From contig OZ242375.1 in assembly GCA_965209025.1 (NCBI GenBank), positions 392,910-456,909 of the forward strand: DNA of 64,000 bases. Direction: 5' to 3'. The notes below the pieces were generated by a model, which was not told the origin of the DNA, did no database searches, and saw only the letters and a list, made by a program, of their open reading frames with translations. This DNA is from Acidimicrobiia bacterium. Lineage in GTDB: Bacteria > Actinomycetota > Acidimicrobiia > Spongiisociales > ZC4RG35. Both the position numbers and the translations under genes were made by a program. Shown here piece after piece: positions 52,550-61,585 of the stretch; within the stretch, counting starts at the first letter, position 1, and each line of letters begins with the position of its first letter.

Positions 52550-52954
52550 TCACGAGGCCCGCAACAGCCGTCGTCCCTCCGCCACGAACAGGACCGGCAG
52601 GACCGAGTCGATCAGATGCCAGATGGTCCAGGCCGCCGTGTCGTTGGCATGCTCGGTGAAGGCTTCTCCGAACCAGTTGGGAAAGAAGGCAAGAGCCAGG
52701 ATGGCGGTGCCATAGAACATCACGGCCGCACTGGTTGAGCAACAGTCGTCGCCGTCTCCCTTATCCGCTTGTCTCCGCTGGCTGGTGGTGTACAGCGCCA
52801 GCACCAGGCCGAGGGCCATGAACCAGTCCAGCGTCAGCCAGATCGTGATTCCTGCGTCGGTGCTGTTCCCATAGAGCGGATACAGAACGAACTGAAGGGC
52901 CACCGCTGCGCCCACCACCACGAGGTAGAGGCCGATTAGTCGATTCTTTCCCAT
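52550..52954 (-). CDS. small integral membrane protein, uncharacterised (paralogue B)
   Basis: Homologous to 52078-52506 (LAFFPNWF...). The start is at the ATG that has an AAGGAG RBS 6 nt upstream. Confidence 0.6.
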   Translation of the reverse strand: MGKNRLIGLYLVVVGAAVALQFVLYPLYGNSTDAGITIWLTLDWFMALGLVLALYTTSQRRQADKGDGDDCCSTSAAVMFYGTAILALAFFPNWFGEAFTEHANDTAAWTIWHLIDSVLPVLFVAEGRRLLRAS

Positions 52955-53131
52955 TGCTGACTCCTTCATTTCTGCTCGCCTGGAGGTTCCGCCACGCGGC
53001 CGGGTCGGCTGCGGCCGTCGAGCTGATCTCAAACTCTAGAAAAGTCGTAGTGCGAGTGGTGTCTATGTCGTCTCTCGCATTCCTCTTCCGGTCCGGGACG
53101 GCGGGACACTGGGTCACAATCTAGCATGTTC

Positions 53132-53162
53132 GTGTTTGTTTTGCCACCTTAGTGATATTCGG
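53132..53162 (+). repeat. 31-nt conserved block GTGTTTGTTTTgccaccTTaGTGATATTcGG, 90 nt upstream of comEA
   Basis: 26/31 identity with 61517-61547. The first 11 nt and the GTGATATT core are identical. Confidence 0.5.
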
Positions 53163-53251
53163 GACTGTAAGAGAGGTTTGGGTTTCCCCGGCCTTTGAAA
53201 AACCGGCGCCCAGCAGTGGACTTGTGGGTGGTGGTCAATCCATAGTGAGGT

Positions 53252-53854
53252 ATGGGGAAGTCGCATTGGGGGCTGGCCGTCGCCATGTTGGTGACGGCGG
53301 TTGGCGCCGGGGTGTTCTTCGGGCTGTGGCGCCCCCAGCCTCCTGGAGTGGCGCCGATCCCCGCGACAGGGGTGGTTTCCCTTGTGCCCGGGGAGGGGGA
53401 GAGAGGTGAAGTTGTACCGGAGATCGAGATCGTCGTGCACGTGTCGGGAAGGGTGTTGCGTCCCGGGTTGGTGAGAGTGGGCGCCTCGGCCAGGGTCGGG
53501 GACGTGATCATGGCGGCGGGGGGAGCATTGGCCGATGCCCGGCTGGACGAGATCAACCTGGCGGCGCCGGTGTCCGACGGGGTGCAGGTAGTGGTTCCGG
53601 GTCCCGGAACCCGCTTGGACGCCCAGAATGCCTGGAGCGGGAGTTCGGGTGGATCGTCGGGCCCTGTAAGCCTGAACGGGGCAAGCGTCGACCAGTTGGT
53701 GGAGATTCCCGGCGTGGGGCCGGTATTGGCGCACAGGATCGTCCATCACCGCCAGGCCAATGGGCCCTTCCGGGAGGTGGAGGACTTGCTGGATGTCTCC
53801 GGCATCGGTGAGCGGAAGTTGGCCGAACTCCGCAGGCACGTCACCGTCCCTTGA
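53252..53854 (+). CDS. comEA: ComEA-family DNA-binding competence protein
   Basis: N-terminal TM helix, SLBB-like middle, C-terminal HhH (LNGASVDQLVEIPGVGPVLAHRIV...). Confidence 0.8.
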   Translation: MGKSHWGLAVAMLVTAVGAGVFFGLWRPQPPGVAPIPATGVVSLVPGEGERGEVVPEIEIVVHVSGRVLRPGLVRVGASARVGDVIMAAGGALADARLDEINLAAPVSDGVQVVVPGPGTRLDAQNAWSGSSGGSSGPVSLNGASVDQLVEIPGVGPVLAHRIVHHRQANGPFREVEDLLDVSGIGERKLAELRRHVTVP

Positions 53855-56070
53855 AGGTGCCGGGAGGGTGGGGAATGGGGAACCCGCCGGGATGGGCAGC
53901 CTCCCTGCCGGATCGGAGCGAGGCTCGGTTTCTTGTGGCGGCCGCCTTGGTCTGGGCCGGCGCCTTGGCGGGCCGGCATGCCTGGGGATTATGGGCGGCC
54001 GTGGCGGCAGGAGCGGCGACGGTCGTCACGAAGCGGTCCGGGGTGGCCCTGGTTATGGCCGCAGGGTTGGTGGCGGGTTCCTGGGCGGGATGGGGAGCGG
54101 CCCATCGGGAGGCCGAGATGTTTGCCGCGGTGGTGGTCGAGGGGGAAGTAACCATCCGGGCGGTGGCCCGGACCGATCCCCGGGGGGTCCGGGATCGCCC
54201 GTGGCTGGTGGCCCGGCCCCTCGCGTACCGGACGGCGGAGGATCACCCCTGGAGGGAGTGGTTTGGTCCGGTTATGGTGATCCATGCCGCCGATACCGGG
54301 GACCTGGCGGCCGGCGAGGTCTTCGAGGCATCCGGGTATGTGGTGAAGGAGGCGGGACGCCGGGGGACCTCGGTCTATGCATCTCGAATGTGGAGCGGGG
54401 CCCTGGCGCGGGTCTCCCCTGCCCAGGGATGGCTGGTGAACGTAGGCAATACGGTGAGGCGAAGGGTGATGGAGAACCTCCGCACCGGACCCCAGGACGG
54501 GCTGGGGCTGGTGGCCGGATTCCTGGTTGGGGACACCACCCAGCTTTCCGGCTCCGATCTGGCTGACCTGCGGCGCTCCGGCCTCAGTCACTACGTGGCG
54601 GTCTCGGGAGGAAACGTCGCCCTCTTCCTGGGGGCGCTCTGGATCCTGATGTGGCCGGTGGCGAGTCGTCCCCGCCTTCGCTCCCTGGTGGGGCTTGTGG
54701 CCCTGGGGGTGTTCATGGTGGTGACCCGGTGGGAACCGTCGGTCCTGCGGGCCGGGCTGCTGGCGTCGCTGACGCTGGGCGCCCGGGCAGTTGGGTTCCC
54801 CCTGGGAAGTTGGGCGGCGCTGGGGACCACCGTGATCTTGGCGCTCCTGGTGTCGGCCGAACTCGCCCGGAGTTTGGGTTTCGCCCTGTCCGTGGCCGCC
54901 ACGCTGGGAGTGATGGCGGGGATGAGGATTGGGTCGGGACGCCGGCCTCGCTGGGTGTGGGAGACCCTGGGCGCGGCCCTGGCAGCCCAGGTGGCGGTGG
55001 CGCCGATCTTGCTGGGATCATTCGGGTCGCTTCCCCTCCTCTCACCGGTGGCCAACTTGGCCGCCGCTCCGCTGGTGGTGGTCTCCACGATCCTGGGGGG
55101 AATCGGATCGGTGAGCGGTTGGCAGCCCCTTGTGGGGCTGGCGGCGTTCGCAGCCGAGGGAGTGCTGGCGGTGTCCCGCTTTCTCTCGCCCTTTCCCCAA
55201 CTGGGCTGGCTGGGGACGGCGGTTGCCCTAGCGGCGGGACTCGCAGCCTGGCGATGGTCGGACGTCCGCCTGCCGATGTTGACCACGGCGGTGCTCATCC
55301 TGGCGGTGGTCAGGGTTTTTGCCGGCGGGTTTCCCCTGGTCGGCTCCGATGGGGCTGGACCTCCGTCGGTGGTCTTCCTAGATGTGGGCCAGGGGGACTC
55401 CATCCTGGTGCTGGGAACCGGGCTGACGATCCTGATCGACGGAGGGCCGGATCCCGTGATACTTGCGGAGAAACTTCGAAAGTACCGAGTGAGCGAAGTG
55501 GACCTGGTGGTGATCACCCACCCTCACGCCGACCATGTCCGCGGGTTGGAGGCGGTGGTGGGAAACATGCCGGTGGGAGGGGTCTGGGATGCCTCACATC
55601 CCCACCAGACCCCTGCCCATCGAATGCTCAGTGAACGTATCGCGGAGCAGGGCATACCCGTTCATCGGCCATCTCCCGGTCAGGTCCTCCGGGTTGGGGA
55701 GTTGGAGGTCGAGGTGATTGGACCTCAGCGACGGTACAAACATGTCAACGACCAGTCAATCGTGTTGATGGTGGAATTGGCAGGCACCGACTTTCTGATG
55801 GCGGCCGACGTGCAGGCGGTGGCGCAGGCGGAGCTGGGTCACATCCAACCCGATGTCCTCAAAGTCCCCCATCAGGGAGCCGCCACATCCGATGGCCGGT
55901 GGCTCAGGGCGAACGCCGGTCGGCTGGCGGTGATCAGTGTGGGTCCCAACGATTACGGCCATCCCGCCCCCTGGGTGGAGGAGGTGCTGACCGAAGCCGG
56001 CGCCCGCGTGATCCGCACCGACCAGCAGGGCGACATAGTTGTCAGACCGACCCCGGCGGGCAGTCCATGA
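53851..56070 (+). CDS. comEC: ComEC/Rec2 DNA internalisation channel with a C-terminal metallo-beta-lactamase domain
   Basis: Polytopic competence domain (HYVAVSGGNVAL). C-terminal VVFLDVGQGDSILV...HPHADH. Confidence 0.85.
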   Translation: MKVPGGWGMGNPPGWAASLPDRSEARFLVAAALVWAGALAGRHAWGLWAAVAAGAATVVTKRSGVALVMAAGLVAGSWAGWGAAHREAEMFAAVVVEGEVTIRAVARTDPRGVRDRPWLVARPLAYRTAEDHPWREWFGPVMVIHAADTGDLAAGEVFEASGYVVKEAGRRGTSVYASRMWSGALARVSPAQGWLVNVGNTVRRRVMENLRTGPQDGLGLVAGFLVGDTTQLSGSDLADLRRSGLSHYVAVSGGNVALFLGALWILMWPVASRPRLRSLVGLVALGVFMVVTRWEPSVLRAGLLASLTLGARAVGFPLGSWAALGTTVILALLVSAELARSLGFALSVAATLGVMAGMRIGSGRRPRWVWETLGAALAAQVAVAPILLGSFGSLPLLSPVANLAAAPLVVVSTILGGIGSVSGWQPLVGLAAFAAEGVLAVSRFLSPFPQLGWLGTAVALAAGLAAWRWSDVRLPMLTTAVLILAVVRVFAGGFPLVGSDGAGPPSVVFLDVGQGDSILVLGTGLTILIDGGPDPVILAEKLRKYRVSEVDLVVITHPHADHVRGLEAVVGNMPVGGVWDASHPHQTPAHRMLSERIAEQGIPVHRPSPGQVLRVGELEVEVIGPQRRYKHVNDQSIVLMVELAGTDFLMAADVQAVAQAELGHIQPDVLKVPHQGAATSDGRWLRANAGRLAVISVGPNDYGHPAPWVEEVLTEAGARVIRTDQQGDIVVRPTPAGSP

Positions 56071-56445
56071 GGCTGGCCTCGAGGAACTGTCATCCACCGT
56101 CACAGCGGTCGTTCACGTCGTGTTTCCGCGAAAACCCGACCAACACTGGCAAGAAAAACCAACGGCGGGGGACGTGGATCCGAAGCCAGGCCTGTCACGC
56201 TGTCGGTAACGGAAAAAAAATCTCCCGGCCCCAGGGTTTCCGAGCTCAACCCGGGGACGGCAAACCCAGAGATCAACCGCCAGGGTCAACGACTCAACTG
56301 GAGACTGGACCACTTGATCTCGACGGAAAGGTGGTGGAGGGGGTGGGCATCCCATGAGGGGAAAAGGTGTGGCCGGATTTCGCGGCATAGGGCTCAGATC
56401 TCGCGAGCAATCCGATCGCCACGCTCCGGTGGGGAGTTTGCTACC

Positions 56446-57606
56446 GTGAAGCGTGTGAGCGACGTGCTGGCGGTCGTCATTCCCCGCGGGAGCCCGGGCG
56501 AACGCGAGGAGGGGCTGGAGACCGCTCGTAGACATCTGCATAGGGCCGGGGTGGAGGAGGCTCAGATCATAAGGATGGATGTGCTCTCCTCCCGGGGCCA
56601 GGGCGCCCCGCCGCCTGGAATGCCCGATCAACAGGGTGTCTTCCGGCACGATCTCCTGGAGGTAGTCCCTCTCCTCCAGTCTTCCAGTTTGTTCGGCCAG
56701 AAGCAGGGGTTGCTGTTGGTGGACGCTCACAACCTGCTCTCCGCGGAGTCCCAAGCCCTGGGGGAGATGCTCAGCGCTCTGGATCCCTCGGCGGTGGCGG
56801 TGGCCATCGTCGCCGAGCGCCTTCCCAAGGACCTGTCGAAGAAAATCAAGGAGATCGGCAAGGTCAAGTCGCTGCGCCAGATGTGGGAGAACCAGGTGCA
56901 TGGCTGGCTGGATCGCCAATGCAGGGAGAAGGGCTTGCGAATGAGCTACCAAAGCCGGGCGGCTCTGGTGCAGAGATTCGGAACCGACCGCTCAGCCCTC
57001 CGGCGCGCCCTGGAACAACTACAGGGCGAGAACCGGCCAATCACCGCCGCCATGATCATCGAGCGGTTTCGGAACCGGCCTGACCAACCGGTGTTCCGGA
57101 TACTCGACGAGATTCTGGCCGGAAACACCGAGGGAGCGCTCCGCAGGCTGGGTGACTACCTGGCCAACGCCCGCTCTTCCGACGGCCGTCCCTACATCCT
57201 GTTGGGCACCCTGGAGTCCGATCTGCGGCTCCGCCTCCTGGCTTCGCAAGCCCACGACCGGGAGCACTTTCGCCGGATGGAGGAGGAGGGAGTGTTCTCC
57301 AGGATGTTGGAGTCGGCGCCGGGACCGCTCGATGAGAAGGCGGAGGCAAGGCTCCGCTCGTCGGCAAAGAGCCGGGCTCGCTCCAGCCAGCGCCGCCACG
57401 ATCGGATCTGGAATCAGAGAAGACCTCTGACCTTGGTGAGTGGACGTCAACAGGTCCGGGCGGCGGAGCGGGCGCTTTCGCTGGTGGTGCAGGCCGATCG
57501 GACTCTGAAGCTGTTCCCGGTCCCCCTTCACCAGCCGGTCCTGGAACGAACCGTCGTCGAGCTGTGTGGCGTCTACCAGGGGTTCGCCCGAGGGCGAAGA
57601 CGGTAA
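56446..57606 (+). CDS. holA: DNA polymerase III delta subunit
   Basis: Sits after comEC as in other actinobacteria, with delta-subunit-like middle and C-terminal regions. The start is uncertain: GTG 56446 here, while the full ORF begins at 56314. Confidence 0.65.
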   Translation: MKRVSDVLAVVIPRGSPGEREEGLETARRHLHRAGVEEAQIIRMDVLSSRGQGAPPPGMPDQQGVFRHDLLEVVPLLQSSSLFGQKQGLLLVDAHNLLSAESQALGEMLSALDPSAVAVAIVAERLPKDLSKKIKEIGKVKSLRQMWENQVHGWLDRQCREKGLRMSYQSRAALVQRFGTDRSALRRALEQLQGENRPITAAMIIERFRNRPDQPVFRILDEILAGNTEGALRRLGDYLANARSSDGRPYILLGTLESDLRLRLLASQAHDREHFRRMEEEGVFSRMLESAPGPLDEKAEARLRSSAKSRARSSQRRHDRIWNQRRPLTLVSGRQQVRAAERALSLVVQADRTLKLFPVPLHQPVLERTVVELCGVYQGFARGRRR

Positions 57607-57621
57607 AACCGGGCCTTGGAC

Positions 57622-57879
57622 CTACCCGGAGGCGCCGGCGCGAAACAAACGGGACTTCAACCGGGCCGCCTTGTTGGCGTGTATGACTCCCTTGGAGCAG
57701 GCCGAATCGATACGCCTCTGCGCCTGGCGGAGCTTCAGGTCAGCCTCGGGATCCCCCGCCTCCACGGCTGCCATGGCGGTCTTGATGCGGGTCTTCATCT
57801 CCGACCGGACGCCCTTGTTGGCTATCCGGCGCCGCTCGTTCTGTCGGTTCCTCTTCTTTTGTGACTTGATGTTGGCCAT
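57622..57879 (-). CDS. rpsT: 30S ribosomal protein S20
   Basis: MANIKSQKKRNRQNERRR... Confidence 0.95.
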   Translation of the reverse strand: MANIKSQKKRNRQNERRRIANKGVRSEMKTRIKTAMAAVEAGDPEADLKLRQAQRRIDSACSKGVIHANKAARLKSRLFRAGASG

Positions 57880-57978
57880 AGGGCTATGCGAAGTTCGGGG
57901 ATACGTGCTCTGTGGGCATCGGAGAAGACCGTTCCCGCCCGGGAGCGTATTTTAGCGTCACCGCACCGGCCGGCACAA

Positions 57979-58010
57979 TCCGGTTGGCCCGCCGGCGCAT
58001 CCCAACCGGA
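57979..58010. promoter_or_regulatory. 9-bp inverted repeat TCCGGTTGG-N14-CCAACCGGA in the rpsT/lepA divergent region
   Basis: Candidate RNA hairpin in the rpsT 5' leader (S20 autoregulation is known in other bacteria) or in the lepA promoter region. Confidence 0.3.
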
Positions 58011-58125
58011 TGACTGAACCCTTCTCCCGGAACCAGACCCGCTACTCTCCGACGTCTGGCTCCCCGCCCAGGTACGCAGGTAAAATGGGGCTTGGTCCTT
58101 TCGTCTCACCGAGGATGCTCACAGC

Positions 58126-59928
58126 TTGGTTTCTCGTTCCCTGATCAGGAACTTCTGCATAATCGCCCACATCGACCACGGAAAGTCCACTCTGGCCGAT
58201 CGGTTGCTGGAGTCGGCCGGAGCGGTCTCCCAGCGGGATATGCGGGACCAGGTCCTCGACACCATGGATCTGGAGCGGGAACGGGGCATCACCATCAAGG
58301 CGCAGGCGGTTCGGCTCGACTACGCGGCGTCCGACGGACGGTCATATGTGCTCAACCTGATCGACACTCCCGGGCACGTGGACTTCTCCTATGAGGTGTC
58401 CCGTTCTCTGGCAGCCTGCGAAGGCGCGGTCCTCTTGGTGGACGCCAACCAGGGAGTGCAGGCCCAGACCGTGGCCAACGCCTACCTGGCCGTGGAAGCC
58501 GGGCTTGAGATCATCCCGGTGGTCAACAAGATAGATCTCCCGTCGGCCGAGCCCGAGAGAGCGGCCGAGGAACTAGCCCGGGTGGTAGGTGGTGACCCCG
58601 CTGACACGATTTTCATCTCCGCCAAGACCGGGGAGGGTGTCGACGAGCTAACAGAGCGGATCGTGGAGGTGATCCATCCTCCTTCGGGCGAGGAGGATCT
58701 TCCCCTCTCCGCCCTGATTTTCGATTCCTACTACGACCTGTACCGGGGAGTGGTCTGTTATGTGCGGGTGATGGAGGGGAGTATTGCGGCGGGGGAGGGC
58801 GTTGTGTTCATGGCCACCGGCGAGAAAAGAGATGCCGCCGAGATAGGTGTGCTCACCCCAGGCTCGGTTCCCGTGGAGACGCTGGTCGCCGGTGAGGTGG
58901 GATATTTGATCACCGGCGCGAAGGAGATCGATCGCGTCAGGGTGGGCGACACCGTCACCTCGGCTCACCGGCCGGCCGTTGTACCCCTCAAGGGCTACAC
59001 CGATCCTCGGCCGATGGTGTTCGCGGGGATTTTTCCGACCGACGGCGATGAGTACCCCCGCCTCCGGGAGGCTCTGGAGAAGTTGCAACTCAACGACGCC
59101 TCCCTTCAGATCGCCCCGGAGTTCTCTCAGGCGCTGGGGTTCGGGTTCAGATGCGGGTTCCTTGGCCTCCTGCATATGGAGATAGTGCGCGAGCGCTTGG
59201 AGCGGGAGTACGACTTGGACCTGGTGACCACATCTCCCTCGGTGGCCTACCGTGTGACGCTTCCCGGCGATGAGCCGGTTGAGGTGCGATCTCCGGCCGA
59301 CTTTCCGGCGGCGGGAAGGGAGATGGTGGTGGAAGAGCCTTGGATCAAGGCGCTGGTCCTGGTTCCTCCGGAGCATCTGGGAGCGGTGATGGAGATACTC
59401 ACGTCCAGGCGAGGGGAACTGGGACCACTCAATTACCTGGGCACGGAGCGGGTGGAACTAATGTGCCGGCTGCCACTGGCCGAGGTGGTCTTCGACTTCT
59501 ACGACCGACTCAAGTCCAAGACAAGAGGCTTCGCCTCCCTCGATTACGAGCCGGACGGCTACCAACTCTCGGACCTCGTGAAGGTGGACCTCCTCCTCAA
59601 CGGATCGGCTGTGGACGCCTTCTCTGCGGTTGTCCATCGCCCGCAGGCCTATGCCTACGGCAGGGAAATGGTCACCAGGCTCAAGGATCTGATCCCGCGC
59701 CAACTATTCGATGTCCCCATCCAGGCCGCAATCGGCAGTCGGGTGATTTCCCGCGAGACCATCCGGGCCAAACGCAAGGACGTGTTGGCCAAGTGCTACG
59801 GCGGTGACGTGACCCGGAAGAAGAAGCTCCTGGCTCGCCAGAAGGAGGGAAAGCGCCGGATGAAGATGGTGGGGTCGGTTGAGGTGCCGTCGGAGGCGTT
59901 CGTGGCGGCGCTCCGGGTCAGGGATTGA
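58126..59928 (+). CDS. lepA: elongation factor 4 (LepA)
   Basis: [22 protein letters not shown] with full GTPase plus LepA C-terminal domain. TTG start. Confidence 0.95.
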   Translation: MVSRSLIRNFCIIAHIDHGKSTLADRLLESAGAVSQRDMRDQVLDTMDLERERGITIKAQAVRLDYAASDGRSYVLNLIDTPGHVDFSYEVSRSLAACEGAVLLVDANQGVQAQTVANAYLAVEAGLEIIPVVNKIDLPSAEPERAAEELARVVGGDPADTIFISAKTGEGVDELTERIVEVIHPPSGEEDLPLSALIFDSYYDLYRGVVCYVRVMEGSIAAGEGVVFMATGEKRDAAEIGVLTPGSVPVETLVAGEVGYLITGAKEIDRVRVGDTVTSAHRPAVVPLKGYTDPRPMVFAGIFPTDGDEYPRLREALEKLQLNDASLQIAPEFSQALGFGFRCGFLGLLHMEIVRERLEREYDLDLVTTSPSVAYRVTLPGDEPVEVRSPADFPAAGREMVVEEPWIKALVLVPPEHLGAVMEILTSRRGELGPLNYLGTERVELMCRLPLAEVVFDFYDRLKSKTRGFASLDYEPDGYQLSDLVKVDLLLNGSAVDAFSAVVHRPQAYAYGREMVTRLKDLIPRQLFDVPIQAAIGSRVISRETIRAKRKDVLAKCYGGDVTRKKKLLARQKEGKRRMKMVGSVEVPSEAFVAALRVRD

Positions 59929-61133
59929 AGCTGCGCGGGGGGCTCCTTCCCCCCGACGATCCGCGCTTGGCGGACGAAGCCGGCAGGTGGAGATCGGCCT
60001 ATCTGCATATTCCCTTCTGCGAAGAGGTCTGTCCTTACTGCGACTTCGCGGTGGTGGCCGGGCGAGACCAACTTGCCTCCCGGTACGGGGAAGCGCTTGT
60101 CGCCGAGATCCGCGCCGCTCCGGTGTGGGGGCCGCTGGACGCGGTCAACTTCGGGGGAGGGACCCCCTCGCGGATGGCGCCGGAGTTACTGGGGAGGATT
60201 CTGCAGGAGTTGTCCTCCCGCCTAGGCCTCCGGGAGGGAGCGGAGGTGAGCCTTGAAGCCAACCCGGAGGACTGGACTCCCCAGAAGGCCGAGTCGCTGG
60301 TGGCCGCCGGGTTCAACCGGGTGTCGCTGGGCGCCCAGTCGTTCGACACCGAGGTGCTTTCCTATTTGGGACGCCGCCACACTCCGGCCCAGATTGTCCG
60401 GGCGGTGACCGCCGCCCGACAGGCCGGGTTTGCCTCTGTGAACCTGGACCTCATCATGGGCTCTCCCCCCGAGACCGCGTCCTCCTGGACCGAGACCTTG
60501 GGAAGGGCCCTGGAGACCAACCCGGACCATCTTTCCACTTACTCCCTGACGGTGGAGCCCGGGACCGTTCTGTGGAAAACGGTGAGGGCGGGCGCTCGTC
60601 CACCGGACCCCGATCGCCAGGCCGAGTGCTGGGAGGAGGCTGACCGTGAGTGCGCCAGGGCCGGTCTGGTGCGCTATGAGGTCTCCAACGCGGCCCGGCC
60701 CGGCCATCTCTGCCGGTACAACCTCTCGGTGTGGGGACAGGGCGAGTACCTGGGATTCGGGAACGGCGCCCACTCATTCCGGGACGGGCGTCGCTGGGAG
60801 AATCTGCGCGGCCTCGACAGGTACCTGGATACGGTGGAAGCGGGCCGATCCCCAAGCCGCCGGTTCGAGTTGATCGAGGGCTGGGCGGCGGAGACGGAGC
60901 GGGTGTTGCTTGGCATCCGGAGAACAGCCGGCGTGAGGACTGGTCGAGCGGGAGAGGCGCTCTGGGAATCTCCCCGAGGACGGGAGCTTCACCGGGCCGG
61001 GGTCATCGGATTGCGGGGAGATCGCCTGGTGGTAGAGCGGCCGCTCCTCACCGACGAGGTGAGCCGGGCGATTCTGGCGCTGCCCCCGCCGCAGTCGGCT
61101 GGTTTGGGAATAATTGCGGGGTCCGGGAGTTGA
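59925..61133 (+). CDS. hemW: radical SAM heme chaperone HemW (HemN-like, oxygen-independent coproporphyrinogen oxidase family)
   Basis: [18 protein letters not shown]3CX2C plus the HemN C-terminal domain. Confidence 0.9.
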   Translation: MKLRGGLLPPDDPRLADEAGRWRSAYLHIPFCEEVCPYCDFAVVAGRDQLASRYGEALVAEIRAAPVWGPLDAVNFGGGTPSRMAPELLGRILQELSSRLGLREGAEVSLEANPEDWTPQKAESLVAAGFNRVSLGAQSFDTEVLSYLGRRHTPAQIVRAVTAARQAGFASVNLDLIMGSPPETASSWTETLGRALETNPDHLSTYSLTVEPGTVLWKTVRAGARPPDPDRQAECWEEADRECARAGLVRYEVSNAARPGHLCRYNLSVWGQGEYLGFGNGAHSFRDGRRWENLRGLDRYLDTVEAGRSPSRRFELIEGWAAETERVLLGIRRTAGVRTGRAGEALWESPRGRELHRAGVIGLRGDRLVVERPLLTDEVSRAILALPPPQSAGLGIIAGSGS

Positions 61134-61137
61134 CACT

Positions 61138-61159
61138 TGTCACACCCGGTTCACATATT
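61138..61159 (+). promoter_or_regulatory. TGTCACAC-N8-CATATT promoter-like motif (distal; also preceded by TTGACA at 61130-61135)
   Basis: Same octamer and spacing as the adnA site. Lies 5 nt after the hemW stop and 427 nt upstream of the HNH ATG. Confidence 0.4.
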
Positions 61160-61516
61160 GAAAGCACAAACATCCGACACGGTCCGGACCGAGCGGATCA
61201 CCACCAAGTCTCATCTCCGGAGGGCGGCCTCCCGGCAACGCCCAAGGCAATGAGCATCAGCCGACGACCAGGGAATCCTCGGTTTCGGGCAGGCCTGCCC
61301 CTGTCCGAAAATTTTGAACGGAACGGCGGCGGCGGGTCGGGAGGGGAAACCCAAAGGGGGAGAATTCCGGCTGGTGGCACGGCTTGAATCGATTCCAGCC
61401 GGGTGTCGGGGGCAAGGCCCATCGTGAGGGTTCCCTGACCTGGCGTGCAGGTCGGGCTCCCCCTAGGGGACGAGAGGGGGGGACTAGTCGAGGACAATCG
61501 ACCACTAACACATTTA

Positions 61517-61547
61517 GTGTTTGTTTTACGAACTTCGTGATATTAGG
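61517..61547 (+). repeat. 31-nt conserved block GTGTTTGTTTTacgaacTTcGTGATATTaGG, 40 nt upstream of the HNH gene
   Basis: Second copy of the block at 53132-53162. Directly abuts the proximal TGTCACAC motif. Confidence 0.5.
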
Positions 61548-61555
61548 CAGTGTTT

Positions 61556-61577
61556 TGTCACACGCCATTGGCATACT
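61556..61577 (+). promoter_or_regulatory. TGTCACAC-N8-CATACT promoter-like motif (proximal) immediately upstream of the HNH endonuclease gene
   Basis: The hexamer ends 8 nt before ATG 61586 (short or leaderless transcript). Same octamer as the adnA site. Confidence 0.45.
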
Positions 61578-61585
61578 TGGTAGAC

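Noticed and set aside
56066-56357. 97-codon ORF starting at the comEC stop (MRLASRNCHPP...) in the comEC-holA spacer.
   Set aside because: Arg/Gly/Pro/Gln-rich with no motif. Probably non-coding. The spacer is treated as regulatory.
61250-61387. 45-codon ORF (MSISRRPGNPRFRAG...GGGGSGG...) inside the HNH upstream leader.
   Set aside because: Gly-rich and low-complexity, with a poor RBS. The region is more plausibly an untranslated leader or ncRNA.
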